A DNA stretch of 62,959 bases, the filler included. It is 4 parts of 4 records of this genome, joined end to end, with 100 filler letters (N's around TTAATTAATTAA, not from the genome) between each part and the next. Parts side by side here need not be neighbours in the genome. Positions count along the whole stretch, not along the records: positions 23,397 to 32,136 come from SRR2962707_4914; positions 32,237 to 57,811 come from SRR2962707_4922; 2 more parts are not named here. One strand, written 5' to 3'. The notes under the pieces are model-generated. The model made no database searches. It was not told the origin of the DNA and saw nothing but the letters and a program-made list of their open reading frames with translations. Below, in pieces: positions 29,585-38,694 of the stretch. A program made the translations under genes and the position numbers. Numbering within the stretch: position 1 is the stretch's first letter; each line of letters begins with the position of its first letter.

Positions 29585-30886
29585 TTACAGCACAATTCCG
29601 GCCGCAGCCAGCATCTCGTCGACGAACACCCGCTCGCCATTCTTGGCGATCGACTGATTGGCCGCAATACCGGTCAGGATCGACCATGCACCCGACACCT
29701 GATCCGATGCGCGGCCATATTTGTCCGCTTCCATATTGGCCGGATCAAACAGATAGCCCAGCATGATCGGATCGGCGCCACCATGGCTGCCCGCGCCTTC
29801 CCAGACGTCAATCTTCTGCGGCAGCTGGCCCGCCAGATGCAGCTCGGTTGTGACGTTGTCGCGTTCTTCCCTGTCGCGATTACCGCCGGCGAACACGCCG
29901 TGCACTTCGATGTGCTTGTGGGTCAGTTCACCCTTGGTACCGTGGAATTTCACCTCCAGCCCTTCCCAGGGGGAATAGGCCACCAGCGTATAGTTCAGTG
30001 AGGCACCCGAAGCGTATTGTGCCTGCACCTGCATGGTGTCTTCGATGGTGATGTCCTCGGCAAACACGCATTTGTCGCGCCAGTAGCCGTCATCACCCTC
30101 GGTATCGAGATAAAGCTCCTTGAGCGCCTCATCGGCCTCAAGGTCCATGCGGAACTCGCACTTGTGGGCCACAGGGCAGGTGTGGCACCGCTCGCCATGG
30201 CCTTCCAGGCCCAGCCTGATCGCCATTTCCGGCGTATAGAAATCCCGCTTGCCGGTAGCCGACACGCTCTTGGGCGTTGAAGCGACCCACCAGTTTAGCA
30301 GATCGAAATGGTGCGTTGATTTGTGCACCAGCAGCCCGCCGGACTTGTCCTTGTAACGGTGCCAGCGACGGAAATAGTCGGCGCCATGCACCCGGTCGAG
30401 ATACCAGCGGAAATCCACTGCCGTGATCTCGCCGATCGTGCCGCTCTGCAGAATATCCTTGAGCTGCGTACGCGCCGGTGAATAGCGATAGTTGAAGGTC
30501 ACCGTCACCGATTTGCCGCTGGCCTTTTGCGCATCCAGAATGCGCTTGAGCTTGGCCACATCGATCGTCATCGGCTTTTCGGTCATCACATTGCGACCGG
30601 CTTCGAGCGCCCGCACAATGTACTCGTCATGCAGGTAATCCGGCGTAGTGACGATCACCGTATCAGGGTCCTGCTCGGTGAGCATGGTGTCGAAATCTTC
30701 AGCCAGATAGGTGGCAATGCCGTTGCCGGTCTTGTCAGGCACCTTGTGGGCCGACAGGGCCAGACGGCTCTGATTCACATCGCAAAGCGCGACCAGATCG
30801 GCACTCTCTGCATGGGTAATGGCAACCGCATCGCGGAACATCTGGTGACGTCCGCCGGTGCCGACGATGGCGAATTTTTTGGTCAT
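29585..30886 (-). CDS. Gfo/Idh/MocA-family oxidoreductase
   Basis: AIVGTGG, TPD..H, TEKPM, FNYRY, HKSTHHFDL and HGGAD motifs. Confidence 0.9.
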   Translation of the reverse strand: MTKKFAIVGTGGRHQMFRDAVAITHAESADLVALCDVNQSRLALSAHKVPDKTGNGIATYLAEDFDTMLTEQDPDTVIVTTPDYLHDEYIVRALEAGRNVMTEKPMTIDVAKLKRILDAQKASGKSVTVTFNYRYSPARTQLKDILQSGTIGEITAVDFRWYLDRVHGADYFRRWHRYKDKSGGLLVHKSTHHFDLLNWWVASTPKSVSATGKRDFYTPEMAIRLGLEGHGERCHTCPVAHKCEFRMDLEADEALKELYLDTEGDDGYWRDKCVFAEDITIEDTMQVQAQYASGASLNYTLVAYSPWEGLEVKFHGTKGELTHKHIEVHGVFAGGNRDREERDNVTTELHLAGQLPQKIDVWEGAGSHGGADPIMLGYLFDPANMEADKYGRASDQVSGAWSILTGIAANQSIAKNGERVFVDEMLAAAGIVL

Positions 30887-30925
30887 GTCTTGCTGCTGGG
30901 ATAGAGGGCCGAACGGGCCAGTTAC

Positions 30926-30941
30926 ATCTTCCATACAAGAT
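30926..30941. promoter_or_regulatory. Candidate GntR/FadR-type operator (ATCTTGTATGGAAGAT on the - strand)
   Basis: ATCTT/AAGAT inverted arms about 40 bp upstream of the oxidoreductase, with a GntR gene immediately downstream. Confidence 0.4.
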
Positions 30942-30998
30942 TGATCATATGACTGCGAGTGTCAATCCGCGATATCGCCAAATCACGATCCCTGCTGC

Positions 30999-32135
30999 TT
31001 AACTGCGCAATCCGGGCGCTTCCTGACCGGTACTCTGCACATATTCGCTATAGCCGCCGCCATAGGTGTGCACACCCTCGGGCGTCAGTTCCAGCACCCG
31101 ATTGGACAGCTCGGCCAGAAAGTGGCGATCATGGCTGACAAACAGCATGGTGCCTTCGAACTGGCGCAGCGCGTTGATCAGCATTTCCTTGGTCGCGATA
31201 TCCAGATGGTTGGTCGGCTCGTCCAGCACCAGGAAATTTGGCGGATCAAACAGCATCAGCGCCATCACCAGCCGCGCCTTCTCGCCGCCCGACAGCACGC
31301 GGCACTTCTTGTCCATCTCATCGCCCGAAAACCCGAAGGCGCCTGCCAGCGCCCGCAATGGCCCTTGCCCGGCCTGCGGGAAGGCGTCTTCAAGGCTCTG
31401 GAACACCGTGCGATCGCCATCGAGCACATCCATGGCGTGCTGGGCAAAATAGCCCATCTTGACGCTCGCCCCGACATTGACCGTGCCATTGTCGGGCTTG
31501 GAATCCCCGGCCACCAGCTTGAGCAGCGTCGACTTGCCCGCGCCATTCACGCCCATGATGCACCAGCGCTCGCGGCGCCGCACATGGAAGTCCAGTCCAT
31601 CGTAAATGGTACGGCTGCCATAGGCCTTGTCGACATTCTTGATCACCACCACATCGTCGCCCGAACGTGGCGCCGGGCGGAATTCAAACGCCACGGTATG
31701 GCGCCGCTTGGGGGGCTCCACCTTGTCGATCTTGTCGAGCTTCTTGACCCGGCTCTGCACCTGCGCCGCATGACTGGCACGTGCCTTGAACCGGTCGATA
31801 AAGGCAATTTCCTTGGCTAGCATGGCCTGCTGCCGCTCGAACTGCGCCTGCTGGTTCTTGTCGGCAATCGCACGCTGCTGCTGATAGAACTCGTAATCGC
31901 CCGTATAGGTCGTCAAATTCCCCGCATCGATCTCCACGATCTTGTTGACGATACGGTTCATGAACTCACGGTCATGGCTGGTCATCAGCAATGCGCCCGA
32001 ATAATTCTTCAGGAACGCCTCGAGCCAGATCAGGCTTTCCAGATCCAGATGGTTGCTTGGTTCGTCCAGCAGCAGCGCATCAGGCCGCATCAGCAGGATG
32101 CGGGCAAGCGCCACGCGCATCTTCCAGCCGCCCGA
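30999..32135 (-). CDS. ABC-F family ATP-binding protein, 5'-truncated
   Basis: SGGWKMRVALAR, LLLDEPSNHLD, SHDR, GVNGAGKST, LSGGEKAR and LDEPTNHLD motifs. Confidence 0.93.
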   Translation of the reverse strand, partial: SGGWKMRVALARILLMRPDALLLDEPSNHLDLESLIWLEAFLKNYSGALLMTSHDREFMNRIVNKIVEIDAGNLTTYTGDYEFYQQQRAIADKNQQAQFERQQAMLAKEIAFIDRFKARASHAAQVQSRVKKLDKIDKVEPPKRRHTVAFEFRPAPRSGDDVVVIKNVDKAYGSRTIYDGLDFHVRRRERWCIMGVNGAGKSTLLKLVAGDSKPDNGTVNVGASVKMGYFAQHAMDVLDGDRTVFQSLEDAFPQAGQGPLRALAGAFGFSGDEMDKKCRVLSGGEKARLVMALMLFDPPNFLVLDEPTNHLDIATKEMLINALRQFEGTMLFVSHDRHFLAELSNRVLELTPEGVHTYGGGYSEYVQSTGQEAPGLRS

Positions 32136-32136
32136 C

Positions 32137-32236
32137 NNNNNNNNNNNNNNNNNNNNNNNNNNNNNNNNNNNNNNNNNNNNTTAATTAATTAANNNNNNNN
32201 NNNNNNNNNNNNNNNNNNNNNNNNNNNNNNNNNNNN
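32137..32236. other. Artificial contig spacer
   Basis: N44-TTAATTAATTAA-N44. Confidence 0.99.
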
Positions 32237-32266
32237 ATGCGGGTTCGATTCCCGCTACCCGCTCCA
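32237..32266 (+). tRNA. 3' end of a tRNA, likely tRNA-Gly (partial gene or att-site duplicate)
   Basis: GCGGG-TTCGATT-CCCGC T-arm followed by the acceptor strand TACCCGC-T-CCA. The 5' part is cut off by the contig edge. Confidence 0.85.
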
Positions 32267-32729
32267 ATATCTCATGTGCCGAATTTCCTAAAAGTCTGAA
32301 AATGCTCTCGTTTCCGTGTGATAGTCGCGTGAATGGGTAATTGACGGCGAAAATCGTGCTGCAAAACGGTCAGAAGATTTGCCACGCCGTCTGTTAGGAG
32401 ACATTTGCGAGATGGACGGGCGAAGCCGCCGAGTACGCCACGTTCGCTCACCAGACTCACATTTTGGAGAACGGTGAGCCTCGGTGAAATCAGCGATTGT
32501 GCGAGAAGCGTAGGGCGACCCAGACCGGCGGAATTCTTCGAGAGGGGACAAACTGGGGAGCTACCGTCCAATGGGAGCGGTGGCTGTCCCGGGAACAGAG
32601 GCTGAAGGGCAGGATAGGCGTCGCACGATCCGAATGGACGCCAATCAATGCACTTGCTGTGATGTCTTCGCGCCTTCAGGACGTGCCTGTAGACCCCTTC
32701 GGGGTTAGTCCGATTTCATATGCCGCGGT

Positions 32730-34598
32730 TTACCAGACGACGGGGTGGGTTTGTCCTGTGGCGACATTTACCAGGCCATCAGGCGCCAGTGGTGACGGGG
32801 CAACCAGTACCCAGCGCCACGGCGCACAGGTGAGGGTTGCAAATGCCAGCCGCTCGGGGAATCCCGGCCACCAGCGTGGCGAGAAGGTGGGCTCATACAT
32901 CCAGTCGATTGTTTCTCCCTGGCGATAGAGTTCCTGCATCTCGGCATCCAGCTCGGCTGGCGGGCGTTGCGTCATCAGGCCACCAACCTCATAGCGTACC
33001 GTCGCCACCACCACACCATTGCGTACCAGCGCCCAGCCGCCCTGGGTCTGACGCAAAGCGTTCACTGCCTGCGCCATGGCGCTGTCCGACGAGCCAACCA
33101 CCCAGATATTGTGCTTGTCGTGGCCCATCGAACAGGCCAGCGCCACATCGGCTGTACTCGGCCCGGTGCCCAGCCAGAACATCTTTGACGTTTTCCCGGC
33201 GCCAGAGAAGCGGTCGACAATGGCAAACTTGGTGACGTTGCGGTCACTGTCGCGTTGCACCGCACCATCGCGCACCGGCAGGTCCATGGTGATGAAGTCA
33301 TCATCCCAGTGGAACGGGCGCAAAACCGCCGCATGCATGGTGTCGCGCCCGGGGACGGCAGGAATGGCGAAGTCGTCGGCCGTCATCTCCCGCTCGATAT
33401 TGATCGTCTGGGTTGCCCATTCTGGCCAGGCAATTGACGGCACCGGCCTGAGGAATTTCGTGCCGGCCGAGACCTGCTCGCCATCGGCCCAGACCTGATC
33501 GATTGCCAAGGTCTGCACATCATCAAGCAGCACGATATCGGCAAAGCGACCCGGCGCAATGGCGCCCACCCACGGGGTCAGCCGCATATGGCGTGCCGGG
33601 TTGATGGTCACCATCTGAATGGCAATTTCCGGCGCCAGCCCGGCCTGTATGGCCAGCCGGACATTGTGGTCGGTGGCGCCGATTTTCAGTGTGTCGGAAC
33701 AGGAGCGGTCATCGGTGCACAGGGCGAAATTGGACCAGTCGGTTTGTCCGGCAGCCCGCAGCCCGGTGACAATCTCGGCCAGTGAGTGCGGGCGCAGTTC
33801 AATGAACAGGCCGCGCCGCAGCTTGTCCTGCACTTCCTGGGTGGTCCAAGCTTCATGGTCCGAGGCCATGCCCGCCGCGGCAAAGGCGTTGATGTCGTCA
33901 ATGGCGCGCATGCCGGCGGCATGGCCTTCGACAACACCGCGTTGCTCGAAAGTGGCGCGGATCATGCCCCACAGACGCTCATAGGAAGGGTTTTCGGGGT
34001 TCCAGACAGCGGGCCAGTCCATCACCTCGTCGAGTCCGGCGACCATCAATTGCTGCTGGAGAAAACTCTGTTGCTCGGCATAGCCGAAATGACCGCCCCC
34101 CCATTCATAGGCGGTTGGCGGCACGGCAGAGCCGGGCAGGGGGAAGATCTTCATGGGCGAACCAGCCAGGCGCGCTGTCAGCCAGAATTCGAGATTGTGG
34201 GGTCCATCGACATTGGAAAATTCGTGGCTGGCCTCGCAGGTCCAAGTATTGCCGTGCGGCAGCACAAGTGCGGCCTCGTATTCCGGCGTCAAATGGCTGG
34301 ATTCGATATGTTTGTGGACTTCGCCAAAACCAGGCACGGCGCTCAGGTTGCCAGCATCAACCCGCTCACCCACTTCGCCGCTATAGGCGCCGGCGGGCCC
34401 CACCCAGGCAATACGGCGCCCGGCTATGACAATCTCCTGGTCCGCATGCCAGTTGCGGCCATATACATCGAGCAGCCGACCAACACGCACGATACGGTCA
34501 GCAGGGCGTTTGCCCAGAGCGACCAGCGCCAGGTTCTGCCGGATGCGGACTTCGTCAGCGGCGTTGATCAGCTGATCGGTCGGTAAGCTTGGTGTCAT
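32730..34598 (-). CDS. ade: Adenine deaminase family protein (paralogue 2)
   Basis: HKHIESS, DEVMD, EGH, DHE, CTDD, PGRFADIV and HDKHNI motifs. Confidence 0.85.
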   Translation of the reverse strand: MTPSLPTDQLINAADEVRIRQNLALVALGKRPADRIVRVGRLLDVYGRNWHADQEIVIAGRRIAWVGPAGAYSGEVGERVDAGNLSAVPGFGEVHKHIESSHLTPEYEAALVLPHGNTWTCEASHEFSNVDGPHNLEFWLTARLAGSPMKIFPLPGSAVPPTAYEWGGGHFGYAEQQSFLQQQLMVAGLDEVMDWPAVWNPENPSYERLWGMIRATFEQRGVVEGHAAGMRAIDDINAFAAAGMASDHEAWTTQEVQDKLRRGLFIELRPHSLAEIVTGLRAAGQTDWSNFALCTDDRSCSDTLKIGATDHNVRLAIQAGLAPEIAIQMVTINPARHMRLTPWVGAIAPGRFADIVLLDDVQTLAIDQVWADGEQVSAGTKFLRPVPSIAWPEWATQTINIEREMTADDFAIPAVPGRDTMHAAVLRPFHWDDDFITMDLPVRDGAVQRDSDRNVTKFAIVDRFSGAGKTSKMFWLGTGPSTADVALACSMGHDKHNIWVVGSSDSAMAQAVNALRQTQGGWALVRNGVVVATVRYEVGGLMTQRPPAELDAEMQELYRQGETIDWMYEPTFSPRWWPGFPERLAFATLTCAPWRWVLVAPSPLAPDGLVNVATGQTHPVVW

Positions 34599-35176
34599 GT
34601 CAGATGCCCTTCATCCAGCTTCTTGATGATCCAGTCGCGATAGCGCTGATCCTTGTTCCTGATTTCCGGCAAAACCCGTGACGCTTCCTCCATAAAGAAG
34701 CGATAGTCGCGTCCCATCTCCTGGCCGCGCCGGGTGTGCATGTCCAGTGCAATGTCGGGAATTTCAGGCATCTGCTCGCCCAGCGCCACAGCTTGCCGGG
34801 CCCAGTTCACCATGTCATCGGAGGTGCGGTCCTTCTCCGAACCTGCCAGAACCCTGATGGCATGGGCCGCAAACAGGAAGCGGTCCCCGCCGGGCCGGGC
34901 ATGACGCTGATGCTGCTGATACAGTGTCTCGATTAGCACTGGTGCCTGAGGATTGCCCATGCCGATGTCTTCAACCGCTATCACGCACAACCGGGACCAC
35001 AGCACTTCCTCGAGCTCGGCACTGGTCTGGTACATTTCCCAGCCCAGCAACAGGGCATTGTCTGTCATGCCCCGGCGCAGGCTCTTTTGCAGGGCCGAAA
35101 TGACCTCGTCTGCTGCCATTCCATGTTCGGTCGTGGTGCGCTGCCATGGATCGGCCGGTTGCTGAACCTTTATCAT
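34595..35176 (-). CDS. Stand-alone RarA/MgsA C-terminal helical-domain protein (no ATPase)
   Basis: DEVISALQKSLRRG, RL.VIAVEDIGMGNPQA and a LA.SEK segment. There is no Walker A or B motif. It has its own RBS (GGGAGA) and an ATGA overlap with ade. Confidence 0.75.
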   Translation of the reverse strand: MIKVQQPADPWQRTTTEHGMAADEVISALQKSLRRGMTDNALLLGWEMYQTSAELEEVLWSRLCVIAVEDIGMGNPQAPVLIETLYQQHQRHARPGGDRFLFAAHAIRVLAGSEKDRTSDDMVNWARQAVALGEQMPEIPDIALDMHTRRGQEMGRDYRFFMEEASRVLPEIRNKDQRYRDWIIKKLDEGHLT

Positions 35177-35288
35177 TCCAATTCTCCCATTGGCGGGTCA
35201 CGATCCGCGACCCGCACCTGTCATTATCATCCCGTGCACCAGGCCCAGTTCAGACCGCTGGTGGGCGGTACCCGTGGGCTGCAAATGC

Positions 35289-36302
35289 TCACATGGAGCT
35301 GCCACCGGTGAAGAGGGCAACAGATCTGCGCTCGATCAGCTCAAGCGGCAGCCGGGTCACCGGCTCCACCGGCTCCCCGTTCAGCAGAGCCAGCAAGAGC
35401 TCAAAGGCGAGACGTCCCATTTCGGGCACAGGCTGGCGGATCGTGGTCAGCGGTGGGTTCACCAGCTCGGCGAACGGCATGTCGTCGAACCCCACCAGGG
35501 ACATGTCATGCGGTACCGAAAGCCCGGCGCGCCGAAATGCCTGCAGGACACCGATGGCCAGATTGTCGGAACTGGCGAATATCGCGCTAGGACGGTGCTT
35601 CCGTGCGATGATCTGTTGCGCCACCTCACTGCCGAAGGAGCGGCTGTAGTCGCGCAGGAACACGTCCGAGGCGGCAAATGTCAGCCCGTCCTGCGCCATG
35701 GCGCGCGTGAACCCGGCCAGACGTTCACCGACGCTCATCAGCCCTGGGGGACCACCGATATACGCAATGTGGCGATGGCCGGCGTCAATCAGGTGGCGTG
35801 TCGCCAGATAGGCACCGCGTTCATTCTCAACAAAGACACTGGGAAGACAGATGCCGCGAACATCCTCGTCTAGAAGTACGACCTTGTCCTGATTGCCGAG
35901 CAGCTTTGCCAGTGACCCGTCATCGGGTTGGCTGGTGATCAGGACCATGCCGTCAACGTGCCGGTCGCGCATCCGACGGACGGCTTCGATCTCGCGGGCT
36001 CGATCGCCATGCGTGGATGACATGTAAACGGCATAACCGTGTTTTTCGGCTTCTGCTTCAACAGTAGCCGCGAGCTGGGCGAAGAAGGGGTTGTCGATTT
36101 CTGGCGTCACCAGGCCAATGGCTTCGGCGCGACCGGTCGACAGACGCTTGGCAAGCAGGTTTGGTCGGTAATCCAACTGCGCAATGGCCGCGTCGATGCG
36201 GTCCCGCGTGGCCTGTGGCAGGACGATACTGTTGTTGAGATGGCGCGATACCGTCGTGGGGGACACGCCTGCCGCTGACGCGACGTCACTTAGTGTCGGC
36301 AT
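35289..36302 (-). CDS. LacI-family transcriptional regulator
   Basis: TLSDVASAAGVSPTTVSR, YRPN, GFDD and PPLTTIRQP motifs. Confidence 0.95.
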   Translation of the reverse strand: MPTLSDVASAAGVSPTTVSRHLNNSIVLPQATRDRIDAAIAQLDYRPNLLAKRLSTGRAEAIGLVTPEIDNPFFAQLAATVEAEAEKHGYAVYMSSTHGDRAREIEAVRRMRDRHVDGMVLITSQPDDGSLAKLLGNQDKVVLLDEDVRGICLPSVFVENERGAYLATRHLIDAGHRHIAYIGGPPGLMSVGERLAGFTRAMAQDGLTFAASDVFLRDYSRSFGSEVAQQIIARKHRPSAIFASSDNLAIGVLQAFRRAGLSVPHDMSLVGFDDMPFAELVNPPLTTIRQPVPEMGRLAFELLLALLNGEPVEPVTRLPLELIERRSVALFTGGSSM

Positions 36303-36311
36303 GAAGCTGTC

Positions 36312-37052
36312 TCAAATGGCATGGCGCGCCCTCCACTCACCAATCAGCCGGATATTTTCCGCCACGATTCCGGCAAACAGGGCCGCGCCCTTTTTGGCGG
36401 TTGCGCGACATGGGTCACCAAAGCTGCCGGTCCCATTGAAGGTTCGCAATTGCATCGGTTCGAGACCAAAAGTTGGCGGGAATGAAGGATATTCGGGAAC
36501 GGCGCGAGACAGGTCGACCGCTTCAGGGCGAATGGCCAGCATCATGGCGGTCTCCACCTCATCGGCGTGGTAGAATCCGGGGGCTGCCGGTTGGCTATCG
36601 CAGATTTCGGAAGCCAGCTTTGCCAGGCCGGGGTAATCTAGGTGGATGACCGGCAGGCCAGCCTGAGCCAGTGTCCGCGCTGCCAGCGCGATGGGTTCGC
36701 GATTGCCGAAATGTCCGTTGATCACCACCAGACCCCGGACACCCATGCGCAGCACGCCGTTGCCGATCTCTTCGATCATGACGCGCAGTGTGGCTGGCGA
36801 AAGTGACAGGGTCCCGCTGAACGCCTCGTTATTCCAGGCGTCGCCATAGGCAATCGGGGGCAGGAGCAGCGCCGAAAGTGCATCGGCGGTGCGACGGGCG
36901 ACGCTGCTTGCCAAATCGGTATCGGTGCTTAGTGGAAGGTGGTGGCCGTGCTGCTCGCAGGCCCCAACGGGCAGTACCGCCAGCACGCCCTCATCTACCG
37001 CCGCTGCGACATCCACCCAAGACACTTGCGCCAAATCTCGACTGCCGCTCAT
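36312..37052 (-). CDS. Creatininase/formamide hydrolase family protein
   Basis: PVGACEQHGHHLPLSTD, NGHFGN and HADEVET motifs; GGAGA RBS before 37052. Confidence 0.88.
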   Translation of the reverse strand: MSGSRDLAQVSWVDVAAAVDEGVLAVLPVGACEQHGHHLPLSTDTDLASSVARRTADALSALLLPPIAYGDAWNNEAFSGTLSLSPATLRVMIEEIGNGVLRMGVRGLVVINGHFGNREPIALAARTLAQAGLPVIHLDYPGLAKLASEICDSQPAAPGFYHADEVETAMMLAIRPEAVDLSRAVPEYPSFPPTFGLEPMQLRTFNGTGSFGDPCRATAKKGAALFAGIVAENIRLIGEWRARHAI

Positions 37053-37321
37053 TCCATTGTTCTCCATATCCGCGCTCAGACTAGCGGTCGGACACCGCAA
37101 TCCGCAGCTGGCAAAACGTATCTGCCCGAGCAGCTACCGCCCTATTGGCCATGCGGCAGCGTTTCTCGCCGGGGGCCGCAGCATTGCGTATAGCGCATGA
37201 TCGCTACCCACCAATGTGTAGTTGCTTCCCTCTTGTGCATTTTTTCAAGCCGCATATGATTTAGGCATGAACCCAAATTGTGCATTTGACAAGACCTTGA
37301 GAAATGGCATGAGACCGACAC

Positions 37322-37335
37322 GTAAAGCGCTTTAC
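37322..37335. promoter_or_regulatory. LacI-type operator GTAAAGCGCTTTAC
   Basis: Perfect 14-bp palindrome with a central CG, downstream of TTGACA (37286) in the divergent promoter region. Confidence 0.75.
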
Positions 37336-37349
37336 AATGTCGTTGCCAA

Positions 37350-38693
37350 TTGAGCCGGGTTCTTCTCACCGATGCCGTCATTTTGACGGTGGACGAACGC
37401 AACAGCGTCCATAGCTGCGGCTGGCTTTCATTTGAGGATGGGCGGATCACCGGTCTGGGGCCGTCAGAGGTACAGCCCGAACCGAGCCGGTTTGACCGGG
37501 TGGTCAACATGGCCGGTCATCTGGTCATGCCTGGTCTGGTCAATGCGCATACACATTCCGCCATGGTGCTGTTTCGTGGACGTTCCGAGGGGCAGAGCCT
37601 GCTCACTATGGAAGGCTGGTACAACTCCATTCGCGAACCCGAGCTTTCCCTGATTGCCGACGATATCGCGCCAGCAGTCGCGCTCTCCTGTGCCGAGATG
37701 CTGCTTTCGGGCACGACAACATTTTGCGACCAGTACTTTTTTGCCTCCGAGATTGCCCAGGCAGCCGCTGAGAGCGGTATCCGCGCCGTGGTGGCCTACG
37801 GCATCGTGCAGTTGGGCGACAAGGCGCGCGGGGAGGTGGAGCTGGCCAATGCGGCTGCCTTCATAGAGCAGCAACGCACTGCCGATGGCCGCATCGTCCC
37901 GTGGTTTGGGCCCCATGCGCCCTATGTGGATAATTCGGAAGACCTGCTGCAGGCCGAGGTCGCCATGGCGGTCCACTACGGTGTAGGCCTGCACCTGCAT
38001 ATGGCCGCTGGCCCTGAGGATAATGAGCTGACCATGGCCCGCTATGGTCTGACCGCCACCCAGGCGCTCTTGCGCGATGGCTTTTTTGCCGGGCGGGTGC
38101 ACGCAGCGCATTGTCTTGATCTGTCAGCGGACGACATCGCCATTTTTGCTGCCGCGCCAGCTGCATCGGTGGCTTACTGTGCCTCGGCCGGTCTGCGTTC
38201 TGGCCGGGCGGGGGCATGCCCCGCAGTGGCGCTCAAGGCAGCCGGAGTGACCGTTGCGCTGGGGACTGACAATGTCGCGGCCAACAATGCCTATGACATG
38301 GTGTCTGAAATGCGCGTGGCCGGTCTGGTTGCTTCACATCGTGAGGGCGTTGCGCAGCCTATTTCGAGCGCCGAACTCATCCGCATGGCCACGATTGAGG
38401 GCGCCCGTGCTCTTGGGCTGGATCACGAGATCGGCTCGCTGGAGCCAGGCAAATCAGCCGATATCATCGCCATTGATATGCGCGGATCCGGCTATTCGGA
38501 AACCCCCGACTATGAAACGCTGCTGGTCTATTCCGGCAGCGGTCGCGACGTCGATAACGTCTGGGTCGCTGGGGAACAATTGGTTGCTGAGCGGCAGCTC
38601 GTTCGGCGACCCTATCAGGATATCCGATCCGCCTATTCCGCCACTTATTGCGATTTCTGGGCGCGGGTCGAAATCAACAAAAAAGGTAACTGA
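37350..38693 (+). CDS. MtaD/SsnA-like amidohydrolase with an altered catalytic motif
   Basis: PGLVNAHTH, PHAPY, AAHC, GTD and GSLEPGKSAD motifs; HxxE is replaced by HMAA. Confidence 0.85.
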   Translation: MSRVLLTDAVILTVDERNSVHSCGWLSFEDGRITGLGPSEVQPEPSRFDRVVNMAGHLVMPGLVNAHTHSAMVLFRGRSEGQSLLTMEGWYNSIREPELSLIADDIAPAVALSCAEMLLSGTTTFCDQYFFASEIAQAAAESGIRAVVAYGIVQLGDKARGEVELANAAAFIEQQRTADGRIVPWFGPHAPYVDNSEDLLQAEVAMAVHYGVGLHLHMAAGPEDNELTMARYGLTATQALLRDGFFAGRVHAAHCLDLSADDIAIFAAAPAASVAYCASAGLRSGRAGACPAVALKAAGVTVALGTDNVAANNAYDMVSEMRVAGLVASHREGVAQPISSAELIRMATIEGARALGLDHEIGSLEPGKSADIIAIDMRGSGYSETPDYETLLVYSGSGRDVDNVWVAGEQLVAERQLVRRPYQDIRSAYSATYCDFWARVEINKKGN

Positions 38694-38694
38694 C

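Noticed and set aside
32272-32571. Short ORFs next to the tRNA end as a possible integrase remnant
   Set aside because: No tyrosine or serine recombinase motifs are recognisable.
38254-38694. N-terminal extension of the nucleoside hydrolase in the ORF track (possible fusion or frameshift)
   Set aside because: It overlaps the upstream amidohydrolase in another frame; IUNH homology starts just after TTG 38695.
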